Assembly: GCA_016200955.1 (NCBI GenBank)
Contig: JACQDU010000062.1
Location: 1-28,728, forward strand
DNA from: a bacterium
GTDB lineage: Bacteria; Planctomycetota; J058; JACQDU01
Length of the DNA stretch: 28,728 nucleotides
Reading direction: 5' to 3'
Shown: piece after piece, positions 17,834-25,860 of the stretch
Layout of the letters: each line of letters starts with the position of its first letter
Position numbering within the stretch: position 1 is the stretch's first letter
Notes under the pieces: model-generated
What the model was told of the DNA's origin: nothing
The model's input: only the letters and a program-made list of their open reading frames with translations
Databases searched by the model: none
Made by a program: the position numbers and the translations under genes

Positions 17834-18877
17834 GTGAGACTCTCGATCGTCTTCTACCTCTCGGCGACCGAGGTCTCCGGCGGAGCGAAGGTCCTCCTCG
17901 AGCACGCGAGGCGCCTCGCGGCGCGCGGGCACGAGACGGCCGTGCTCGTCCCGCGGGGGCGCGAGCCGCCTCGCTTCTTCGAGCACGGGAGGCCGGTCGT
18001 GCGCGACCTCCCCGCTCGAGCCGACCTCGTCGTCGCGACGCGATACCGCGACATCGAGCCCGCGCTGGCGCTTGCGGGCGGGCGAGCGCGCGTCGTGCAC
18101 CTCGTCCAGGGAGACGACACGGCAGGGCCCCGGGACGATCTCGCCCGCCTGCACGGGCTCGGCTCGGTGCTCGCGAGGCGCCGCGCACGCCGGAAGCTCG
18201 AGCGCTGCGAGCGCACGCTCGCTCTCCCGACGGTCAAGCTCGCCGTCTCCGAGCACCTCCGCGAGCGGCTCGCGCGCTCCGGTCACCGGGCCTTGCTCGC
18301 GCCGAACGGCGTCGACGTCTCGCGCTTCTCTCCCGGCGCGACGCAGGACGATGATGAGAGGAGACCTCCGCTCGGGCGCCAGCGCGTGCTCGTCGCGGGA
18401 GCGCGCTCGGGCCCGACGAAGGGGATCGAGCTCGCGCTCTCGGTGCTCGAGAGCGTCCGCGCGAGCCGCGAGATCGAGATCGCGCACCTCGCGCCCTCGC
18501 TCGACGAGACGGACGCGCGAGCGGACCGGCGCGTCGCCGGAGTTCCCGAGGACCTCGTCGTGGCCCTGCTCCGGAGCACGGGCGTCTTCGTCTCCGCGGC
18601 GAGCGAGGACGAGGGCTTCGACCTCGTCGCGCTCGAGGCCATGGCGAGCGGCGTCGCCTGCGTGCTCTCGGGAGGCGGAGCTCACCGCGAGATCGCGCCG
18701 GGGCTCGTCGTCGGGCGCGACCGCGAGGCCCTCTCCCGTGCCGTTCTCCGGTGCCTGGAAGAGCGAGAAGAACGAGAGAGGCGGCGCGAGATCGGCCTCG
18801 CCGCGGCCGGCGCCCGCTCGTGGGAGATCATGATCGGGCGCGTCGAGCGAGCTTACGAAGACGCCCTCTCGCGCTGA
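17834..18877 (+). CDS. Glycosyltransferase family 4 (GT-B)
   Basis: SGGAKVLLEHARRLAARGHE, KLAVSEHL, APNGVD, KGIE, EGFDLVALEAMASG (EX7E). Confidence 0.92.
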   Translation: MRLSIVFYLSATEVSGGAKVLLEHARRLAARGHETAVLVPRGREPPRFFEHGRPVVRDLPARADLVVATRYRDIEPALALAGGRARVVHLVQGDDTAGPRDDLARLHGLGSVLARRRARRKLERCERTLALPTVKLAVSEHLRERLARSGHRALLAPNGVDVSRFSPGATQDDDERRPPLGRQRVLVAGARSGPTKGIELALSVLESVRASREIEIAHLAPSLDETDARADRRVAGVPEDLVVALLRSTGVFVSAASEDEGFDLVALEAMASGVACVLSGGGAHREIAPGLVVGRDREALSRAVLRCLEEREERERRREIGLAAAGARSWEIMIGRVERAYEDALSR

Positions 18878-18935
18878 CTCACGCGGCAGGCGCTCGCTGG
18901 AAATGCGGGGGAGCCGTGCTTACGATCTCTCCCCC

Positions 18936-20318
18936 ATGGCCGTGATCCCCAAGCTCGAGACGTTCGCCGACCTCGAGGACATCTTCGCGGAGGTCACGGA
19001 CTACGAGAAGGAGACCGGCTATCGCTACGCGAGGAAGACGTTCGACCTCTCGCGCATGGAAGCGCTCCTCGACCGCCTCTCCCGGCCCGAGAGGAGCTTC
19101 GCGTCGATCCTCGTCGCGGGCACGAAAGGAAAGGGCTCGACGACGGCGACCGCCGCGACGCTCCTGCGGACGACGGGCGCTTCGCCGGTCGGGCTCTACA
19201 CGTCTCCTCACCTGATCCACCTCCGCGAGCGGATCCGCCTGAACGCGCGGATCGCGACCGAGGAGGAGTGGCTCGCCGCCGCGAGGCGCGTCGTCCCGGA
19301 AGCCCTCGAGCTCGTGAGCGCGGGGCGAGGGCCGACGTTCTTCGAGCTCACGACGGCGATCGCGTTCCAGTGCTACCGCCAGGAGAAGTGCGAGGCCGCC
19401 GCGATCGAGGTCGGCCTCGGAGGGAGGCTCGACGCGACGAACGTCCTTCCGGGCGAGAAGCTCGCGGCGACGATCGTGACGCAGATCGGCCTCGACCACA
19501 CGTACCTCCTCGGGAAGACGCCGGCCGCGATCGCCCTCGAGAAGGCCGCGATCGCGCGCGCCGGCGTCCCCATGATCGTGGGAGCCCAGGAGCCGAGCGC
19601 TCTCGCGGCGATCGAGCAGACGGCGCGCGCCGCGGGAGCGCCCCTCGAGCGGCTCGGGCGCGAGCTCGAGGTCCAGGTCGAGCGCGTCTCTCTCGACGGG
19701 ACGCGCTTTTCTCTCACGACGCCTCGCGCGCGCTACCGCTCGCTCGAGACGCCTCTCGTCGGCCGCTACCAGGCGGAGAACGCGGCGCTCGCGGTCGCCG
19801 CGGTCGAGCACGCGTGGCTGGGGCCGCTCCGTGCGAGCGGCGTGGCCGCGACGGAGCTCGAAGACGATGTGCGCCGCGGGCTCGCGCGCGTCCGGTGGCG
19901 CGGGCGATTCGACCTCGTCCGCCCCGCTCGCGGGGCGCCGGTGCTGATCGACGGCGCGCACGACCCGACCTCCATGAAGCGCCTCGTCGAGACGGTCCGC
20001 GAGGTCGTGCCCGGCGTGCGCCCCGTCCTCCTCTTCGCGATCGCCAGGGACAAGGAGATCGACCTGATCCTCGACGAGCTCGCCGGCTTCCCCGCGCACG
20101 CCTTCGTGTGCCGGGCGAAGACCAAGCGCGCCGCGGAGCCCGCGGAGCTCGCTTCCAAGCTCGAGTCGCGCGGCGTTCCGTCGACGGCCTGCGAGGGGAC
20201 CTCGGAGGAGGCCCTCGCCCTCGCCCGCTCCCGCGCGGGAGGAGGGCTCGTGCTCGTCTGCGGGAGCATCTACCTCGCGGGAGAGGCGCTCTCCGCGCTC
20301 GGCGAGGACGCGGGCTGA
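18936..20318 (+). CDS. folC: Bifunctional folylpolyglutamate/dihydrofolate synthase
   Basis: VAGTKGKGST, YTSPHL...RERI, TFFELTTA, EVGLGGRLDATN, IGLDHTYLLG, IALEKA, YQAENAALA, WRGRF, IDGAHDP, CGSIYLAGE. Confidence 0.95.
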   Translation: MAVIPKLETFADLEDIFAEVTDYEKETGYRYARKTFDLSRMEALLDRLSRPERSFASILVAGTKGKGSTTATAATLLRTTGASPVGLYTSPHLIHLRERIRLNARIATEEEWLAAARRVVPEALELVSAGRGPTFFELTTAIAFQCYRQEKCEAAAIEVGLGGRLDATNVLPGEKLAATIVTQIGLDHTYLLGKTPAAIALEKAAIARAGVPMIVGAQEPSALAAIEQTARAAGAPLERLGRELEVQVERVSLDGTRFSLTTPRARYRSLETPLVGRYQAENAALAVAAVEHAWLGPLRASGVAATELEDDVRRGLARVRWRGRFDLVRPARGAPVLIDGAHDPTSMKRLVETVREVVPGVRPVLLFAIARDKEIDLILDELAGFPAHAFVCRAKTKRAAEPAELASKLESRGVPSTACEGTSEEALALARSRAGGGLVLVCGSIYLAGEALSALGEDAG

Positions 20319-20386
20319 CGGCCCGAACGGGCGTTCCGGCGCGCGCGGGCGTGCTAGATTGATTCCTCCCGGGAAGGGAGGATTCC

Positions 20387-21703
20387 GTGAAGCCCCCTCA
20401 CCTGACCACGAGGCGTCTCGGCCTCGGTCTCGCTCTCCTCGCTCTCCTCGCGGCGCCGGCGCTCGGGTGGGGACACACCGGGCATTACATGATCAACAAG
20501 CTCGCGGTCGACGCTCTCCCGGAAGGCGCGCTCAAGGCTTACTTCAAGGAGAACCGCGATTACCTCGCCGACCACGCGATCGACGCGGACAACGCGAAGA
20601 CCGGCGACCCGCTCGAGCGGCGGAGGCACTACCTCGACATCGACACCGACGGCATCCGCCCGGAGACTTACCCGCGCTCCTGGAAGGCGGCCGTCGCGCG
20701 CTTCGGCGAGGACACGGCGACCAAGCAGGGCACGCTCCCCTGGTCCATGCAGACGAAGCTCGAGGAGCTCGTCTCGGCCATGAAGGAGCGGGACGCCTCC
20801 AAGATCCTCGAGCGCGCGGCGTGGCTCGGCCACTACGTCGGCGACGCTCACGTCCCCTTCCATGCCTGCTCGAACAACAACGGGCAGCTCACCGGGCAGA
20901 AGGGGATCCACGCGATCTGGGAGAGCCACATGCTCGATCACAACAAGGACGAGATCGAGCCCGCCGTCGTGAAGCTCGTCGCGAAGATGCAGGTGGCCGA
21001 GGTCAACGGCGAGATCTCCGACTGGTGCTTCGATCGCCTGATGACCGGAGACAGCTACGCTCACCAGATCCTCGAGAAGGACAAGGGCAACCGCGCGGCC
21101 GGCCGCGAGAAGAACCTCTGGGAGACGACGGGAGAGATCGCCGAGAAACGCCTCGCCGAGGCGACGACGGGCCTCGCCTCGCTCTGGCTCACGGCCTACA
21201 ACCGCGCGGGCAAGCCCGTGCTCCCGAACGGAAAGGCCCCGGAGAAGCCGCCCGAGCCGCCGCCGGTCCAGCCCCAGAACCCGCCGAAAGGACCCGTGGG
21301 GGGCATGCCGCCCGATCGCGGAGACGAGGACCCGGGCGTCGCTCCTCCGCGACCGGAGAAGCCGGACCCTCCGAAGCCCGAGCCCAAGCCGGAGCCGCCC
21401 AAGCCCGAGCCCAAGCCGGAGCCGGAGCCCGCTCCGAGCGCGAAGGCGACGGACGGCGGGATCAAGGGCCTCCTCGTGCACGACGACGACAACCAGCCGG
21501 GCGCGATCGTGGACGTGCCGGGCGACGCATGCGCGGCGGCGAACATCCACCGGGGCGACGTGATCATCTCCGTGGACGGGAACCACGTGAACAGCGTGGG
21601 CACGCTCAAGCGGCGGCTCCAGGACTACAAGGCCGGGGACTCGGTCCCTCTCGGGATCCTGAGGAAGGGCGCCGAGGAGCTGCACACGGTCCGGATTCCC
21701 TGA
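20387..21703 (+). CDS. Secreted S1/P1 nuclease / Zn-dependent phospholipase C-fold protein with Pro-rich linker and C-terminal PDZ domain
   Basis: Signal peptide ending ALG|WGHTGH; DAD, HYLDID, GHYVGDAHVPFH, HAIWES Zn-ligand motifs; GDVIISVDG PDZ-like C-terminus; GGAGGA RBS at 20377-20382 and TGcTAGATT at 20352-20360. Confidence 0.85.
   Translation: MKPPHLTTRRLGLGLALLALLAAPALGWGHTGHYMINKLAVDALPEGALKAYFKENRDYLADHAIDADNAKTGDPLERRRHYLDIDTDGIRPETYPRSWKAAVARFGEDTATKQGTLPWSMQTKLEELVSAMKERDASKILERAAWLGHYVGDAHVPFHACSNNNGQLTGQKGIHAIWESHMLDHNKDEIEPAVVKLVAKMQVAEVNGEISDWCFDRLMTGDSYAHQILEKDKGNRAAGREKNLWETTGEIAEKRLAEATTGLASLWLTAYNRAGKPVLPNGKAPEKPPEPPPVQPQNPPKGPVGGMPPDRGDEDPGVAPPRPEKPDPPKPEPKPEPPKPEPKPEPEPAPSAKATDGGIKGLLVHDDDNQPGAIVDVPGDACAAANIHRGDVIISVDGNHVNSVGTLKRRLQDYKAGDSVPLGILRKGAEELHTVRIP
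21374..21424 (+). repeat. Coding tandem repeat (24-nt unit, 27-nt period) giving a KPEPKPEP linker
   Basis: AAGCCCGAGCCCAAGCCGGAGCCG at 21374-21397 and 21401-21424. Confidence 0.85.
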
Positions 21704-21706
21704 AAG

Positions 21707-22522
21707 CTACCCCGCGAGCGCCAGAAATATCTGCTTCCGCGAGTCCGTGAGCAGACCCTCGGCCTCGAGGCGCGCCGCGAACTTCGTCACGTCCTTCCCC
21801 GCTTCCGCGAGGCAGACCGAGATGAGGAGAGGCGCGAGGTCCTTCGAGGAGCGCAGCTCGAGGAACTTCCCGCCCGTCTCGCCGGCCATCCACTCGAAGA
21901 CCCGCCGCGTCTCGAGGTACGAGTCGACGAGGACCGTGTAGACCCGGACGCCCTTCTTCGCGAGGGCCTCGACCTCGTCCCGGTAATCGACTCCGCGCGA
22001 GCAGCCGTCGAGGGCGTCCATGCCCGCTCCGTGGGGAGGCTTGTCGCCGACGAGCACGATCGCCTTCCGGGCCGAGGCCCGCCAGGCAAGGGAATTCGCG
22101 GCGCGCAGGGCGCACTCGACCGCCTCGGCGCCGCCGCCTCCCTTGCCGGGAGCGACCTGCCGCGCGTTCAGGAAGGCGCGCACGTCGTCGCCGCGCTCGG
22201 TGAGCGGCTGGACGAGCGTGAGGTAGTGGGCGTTCTCTCCCTGGTCGCCGTGGTCCTTGTAGCAGACGACGCCGAGCCGCGAGCGCGGGACCTCGCGGGC
22301 GATCTCGTCCGCGATCTCGGTCGTGCGGAGGCGGACCTCGTTCAGGTGGACGCTCATGCTGCCCGTCGTGTCGAGGAGGAAGGCCGCGTCGAGCCCGATC
22401 CCGCCCCTCGAGCCTAGGACGACGCCGTCCCAGCGCCGGTCGCCGAACGCGCGCGCTCGCGCGAGGAAGGACTCTCTTGCGGTCTTCGAGAGCCTGCCCT
22501 GAGCTGAGTCGAACGGGGTCAT
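21707..22522 (-). CDS. Stand-alone VWA domain protein (271 aa)
   Basis: MIDAS FLLDTTGSM, VVCYKDH, GGGGAEAV, LAWRASARKAIVLVGDKPPHG, GGKF; GGAGGAG RBS before ATG 22522. The track ORF 21707..23344 merges it with the upstream gene. Confidence 0.88.
   Translation of the reverse strand: MTPFDSAQGRLSKTARESFLARARAFGDRRWDGVVLGSRGGIGLDAAFLLDTTGSMSVHLNEVRLRTTEIADEIAREVPRSRLGVVCYKDHGDQGENAHYLTLVQPLTERGDDVRAFLNARQVAPGKGGGGAEAVECALRAANSLAWRASARKAIVLVGDKPPHGAGMDALDGCSRGVDYRDEVEALAKKGVRVYTVLVDSYLETRRVFEWMAGETGGKFLELRSSKDLAPLLISVCLAEAGKDVTKFAARLEAEGLLTDSRKQIFLALAG
22498..22516. repeat. Short relative of the 11361-11450 repeat family inside the VWA 5' coding end
   Basis: CCTGAGCTGAGTCGAACGG shares CCTGAGC and AGTCGAA with CCTGAGCGTA...GTAGTCGAAGG at 11363-11402. 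Confidence 0.55.
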
Positions 22523-22653
22523 GCTTCTCCTCCGTGGTCCCGCTCTCGTCCTGTGAGAAAAACGACGGATGACGGGAGAGCGGAACGTGAGAACACTACG
22601 CTTACGCACGGGAGCGGGGCGGCGGATCGCCCGAACTCCTCGCTTTCCCGCGG

Positions 22654-23344
22654 CTAGAAGGGATCGACGGTCTCGCTCGCCGCCTTCACGGTCGCCCGGA
22701 GGGCCTCGCGGACCTTCTCGTAAGCGAGGCCGATCTCCTTGAACTTGTCGGGGTCGACGCCCGCGCACGCGGCGTCGGCGTGGTAGATCTTCGCGAGCTC
22801 CCGGTAGACGCGTTTCGCGTCCTCGGACTTCCCCGAGGGCGAGGTCGATGAGAGAGCGGACCTCCTCGAGCTTCGCGGGAGGGAAGCGGCGGGCGTGGGC
22901 GTCGCTCTCCTCGAGAGGGCGCTTCTGGGCCCCGGTGGGAGTCTTCGAGACCGAAGGCGCCTCGGCGGCGGGCGCCGGCACCCCCTCGGGAGCCGCCTCG
23001 ACCACGGCGTCTCTCTGGCGGAAGATGTCCGCGAGGGCCGCGACCGCGAGCGCGATGAGCGGGAGGCCGACTCCGATCGCCGCGACCCTCCCCGTGGGAG
23101 AGAGGGTCTTGAGCGGGGCGTCGAGGGCGACGATCCACGAGAGACCGGCCGCGACCGAGGCCACGACGCTCGCGAAGCGCAGGTCTCCCTGCTCAGGATC
23201 GTCGGGTCCCAGGAGCAGGGCCGAAAGGGTCGGCCAGCTCCCTTGCCCCCACTTCCTCGCCACGCGCGCGAGGGCGCCCGTGGCCGCCGCCGTCGCGAGC
23301 GCCGCCGCGGCGAACCGGAGAGCCGGAGACGAGAAGGCGTCCAT
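22654..23344 (-). pseudogene. Membrane-anchored J-domain-like protein (HAD instead of HPD), split by a 1-nt frameshift
   Basis: Three N-terminal hydrophobic segments in one frame; AKRVYRELAKIYHAD...DKFKEIGLAYEKV in another. Removing one base from the C4 run at 22831-22834 gives a continuous 229-aa protein. Confidence 0.7.
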
Positions 23345-23434
23345 GGAGAATGCTCCCGCTCGTCTATCGGCGCCTTTCGTTCGCGGCTTGAGGACCGGCG
23401 CGCGCGCGGCGCCGCCGCTCCGCGCTCCCGTGTA

Positions 23435-23571
23435 GAATTCAGCATTCGCCGCAGGCGAATGCGGTGGTGCAACAATTCACTTGGGCCGGAGGCCCTAGTG
23501 AATTCAGCATTCGCCGAAATGCGAATGCGGTGGTGCGACGATTCACCTGGGCCCTGGGCCCTGGTGAATTC
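23435..23571. repeat. Two tandem 65/66-nt units, each with two hairpins, bounded by three GAATTC
   Basis: GAATTC at 23435, 23500 and 23566; hairpins 23442-23462, 23474-23504, 23507-23528 and 23540-23570. Confidence 0.9.
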
Positions 23572-23608
23572 GGCGGCTGGCGAAGAAGCACGGATCCACG
23601 AAAGGCCC

Positions 23609-25705
23609 ATGGCCGAGAGCCTCGAGGTCGTCACCTTCGAGCGTCGCGGGCGCCTGAGCATGGGCGCGCTCAAGGGCGGCGGCGAGAAGAACGCGCGGGT
23701 CGTGGACGACCTGGGGGAGACGCTCAAGGTCTCTCTCGACAAGGTCCTCCACCGCTTCCGGGCGAGGATCGAGGACGGCGATGCCCGCGAGGTCAAGGAG
23801 CGCCTGAAGGCGCTCGAGGGAGAGCTGCTCGCGGGCGCTCCGGGTGCGGTCGACCTCGACCTCCTCTGGGATTCGCTCGAGGACGAGCGGGTCTACTCAC
23901 TCGCGCAGCTCGCGGAGCTCTACTTCGGCGAGGCGACCGACCGGGGAGTCGCCGCGCTCGTGCGGGCTCTCGGCGAGGGCGGCGACGGCGACGAGCCGCC
24001 CTATCACTTCCGGACCCGGCCGGGTGGCCTCGCGCGGACGGACCGCGAGACCTTCGAGAAGATCAAGGCTCGCCTCGACGGCGAGCGCCGCCGCCGCGAG
24101 CGCGAGGCGGCCTTCCGCGTCTGGTTCGAGGAGAGCGCGCGCGCAGCGAGGAAGAACGACGGGGCGCGCCCATTCGAGAAGCCCCCCGAGGAGCAGGCCG
24201 AGCACCTCCACGTGCTCGCGGACTACGCCCTCGCGGGAGACCGCTCGCAGCAAGCCGCGCGGGCGAGGAGGCTCGCGGCCGACCTCGGGCTCTCCGACCC
24301 CGACGAGCTCCTCGTGCTCCTCGAGAAGGGAGGATGCCTCGCTCGCGACGCGAACGAGCTCCCCCACCGCGCGGGCGTGCCGATCGTCTTCTCGCATCGA
24401 GTGAGAGCGGAGGCCGAGTCGATCGCCCAGGCGCCCTTCGACCCCTCGCGCGCGCTCGAGGAGGAGAAACGCGTCGACTTCCGGGGGAAGCCGACGACGG
24501 CGATCGACGACGCGACGACCGAGGACGTGGACGACGGGTTCTCTCTCTGGGAGGAAGGGGGAGAGCTCGTCCTCGCGGTCCACATAGCCGACGTGGCCAG
24601 GACGGTCCCGCAAGGATCCGACCTCGACGAGGACGCGAAGCGCCGGGCGACGACGATCTACTTCCCCGGCCAGACGATCCCCATGCTCCCGCCCGTTCTC
24701 CAGAGAGCGCGCCTCTCCCTCGACGCGGGCGTCGACCGGCCGGTCGTCTCGTTCGTGACGCGCATCCGCGCCGACGGCTCGCTCGCGCCGGGGAAGTTCG
24801 CGAGAGGGATCGCCCGCGTCGACCGCCGGCTCACCTACGACGAGACGCTCGCTCCTCCCGAGGAGTGGCGCGAGCCTCTCCGCCGCCTCGAGCCGGTGGC
24901 CGCGAGGCTCCGCGCCGCCCGCGCCTCGGCGGGAGCGCTCCTCCTCGAGCTCCCCGACCTCAAGATCACGATCGACTCCTCGGGCGAGCCGCACCTCGCG
25001 CTCGTCTCCTCCGACACTCCCGGCCACAGGATCGTGAGCGAGCTCATGGTGCTCTACAACCACGAGCTCGGGGGGGCGCTGCGCGACGGCCGTCTCGCGG
25101 CGATCTTCAGGACCCAGAGGGACGCCGTCGCGAAGCCCGCCGTCGCGCCCGACGATCCGCTCTACGCCGTCCGCGCGCGGCGCGGCCTGCCGCCCACGAC
25201 GCTCGAGGTCGACGCCGGCCCTCACAGGACGCTCGGAGTCGACGCTTACGTCCAGGGGAGCTCGCCGATCCGCCGCTACGGCGACCTCGTCGCCCAGCGA
25301 CAGCTCGCTTCTCTCCTGGCCGGCACGGCGCCGTCTTACTCGAAGGAAGACGTGCGCGCTCTCTCGATCGAGCTCGAGCGCGCCGAGAGGAACGCTCGAC
25401 GGCTCGAGGCGGAGCGCGACCTCTACTGGATCTGCCGCTGGCTCGATCATCGACGGAAGGAGGTCCTTCCGGGCGTCGTCTCGCGCTCTCCCGAGGGCGG
25501 GCGGGGGCTCGTGTATCTCCCGGGGATCCACATGGAGCTTCCGCTCGGAGAGCCGGAGCCTCCCGTGGACCTGCCGGAGGGATCCCCGGTCCACGTGGTC
25601 GTCCGGCGCTGCTCGGCCAGGCGGCGGACCGTCACCTTCGCGTGTGTCGGAGGAGAGGGAGCGGCCTCGCCGTCGTCGGTCTCGACGGATTCTCCTGTGC
25701 CGTGA
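23609..25705 (+). CDS. RNase II/RNase R family (RNB domain) 3'-5' exoribonuclease
   Basis: Catalytic AIDDATTEDVDDG, VHIADV, RATTIYFP, IPMLP, SELMVLYN, IFRTQ, H.TLG...Y, SSPIRRYGDLVAQRQL, S1-like C-terminus. Start ATG 23609 (track start 22895 is too far upstream). Confidence 0.93.
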   Translation: MAESLEVVTFERRGRLSMGALKGGGEKNARVVDDLGETLKVSLDKVLHRFRARIEDGDAREVKERLKALEGELLAGAPGAVDLDLLWDSLEDERVYSLAQLAELYFGEATDRGVAALVRALGEGGDGDEPPYHFRTRPGGLARTDRETFEKIKARLDGERRRREREAAFRVWFEESARAARKNDGARPFEKPPEEQAEHLHVLADYALAGDRSQQAARARRLAADLGLSDPDELLVLLEKGGCLARDANELPHRAGVPIVFSHRVRAEAESIAQAPFDPSRALEEEKRVDFRGKPTTAIDDATTEDVDDGFSLWEEGGELVLAVHIADVARTVPQGSDLDEDAKRRATTIYFPGQTIPMLPPVLQRARLSLDAGVDRPVVSFVTRIRADGSLAPGKFARGIARVDRRLTYDETLAPPEEWREPLRRLEPVAARLRAARASAGALLLELPDLKITIDSSGEPHLALVSSDTPGHRIVSELMVLYNHELGGALRDGRLAAIFRTQRDAVAKPAVAPDDPLYAVRARRGLPPTTLEVDAGPHRTLGVDAYVQGSSPIRRYGDLVAQRQLASLLAGTAPSYSKEDVRALSIELERAERNARRLEAERDLYWICRWLDHRRKEVLPGVVSRSPEGGRGLVYLPGIHMELPLGEPEPPVDLPEGSPVHVVVRRCSARRRTVTFACVGGEGAASPSSVSTDSPVP

Positions 25706-25860
25706 AGGGCTGAGCCGGAAAGGGGCGGACGGCCGTGGGGCTGGGGGCGGTGCGAGCCGGCAGGGCTGGGTGCGGGACGACCGCGGCGGGGGTGGGCGCG
25801 GTGCGCACCATCCCTCCTCGTCCCGCTCCAAGGCGTAGTGCCCCATCCGCCAAGGCGGGG

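Noticed and set aside
21707-22522. VWA as part of a TerY-P triad or vWA-MoxR-VMAP conflict system
   Set aside because: No adjacent PP2C phosphatase, MoxR ATPase or VMAP gene in the window.
22523-22653. Riboswitch in the VWA leader (CCGCTCTC/GAGAGCGG stem)
   Set aside because: One 8-bp stem only; no recognisable aptamer consensus.
21707-23344. Single 545-aa TM-VWA fusion protein as given in the ORF track
   Set aside because: The middle (~22830-22525) is low-quality R/P/G sequence covering a J-domain in another frame and an intergenic region; the VWA has its own strong RBS and ATG.
23435-23571. CRISPR array interpretation of the tandem repeats
   Set aside because: Only two units, contiguous with no unique spacers, unit length 65-66 nt, and no cas genes in the window.
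25644-25853. Small ORFs in the G-rich gap after the RNase gene
   Set aside because: They overlap the RNase 3' end, have low-complexity R/G/P content, and lack an RBS or codon bias.
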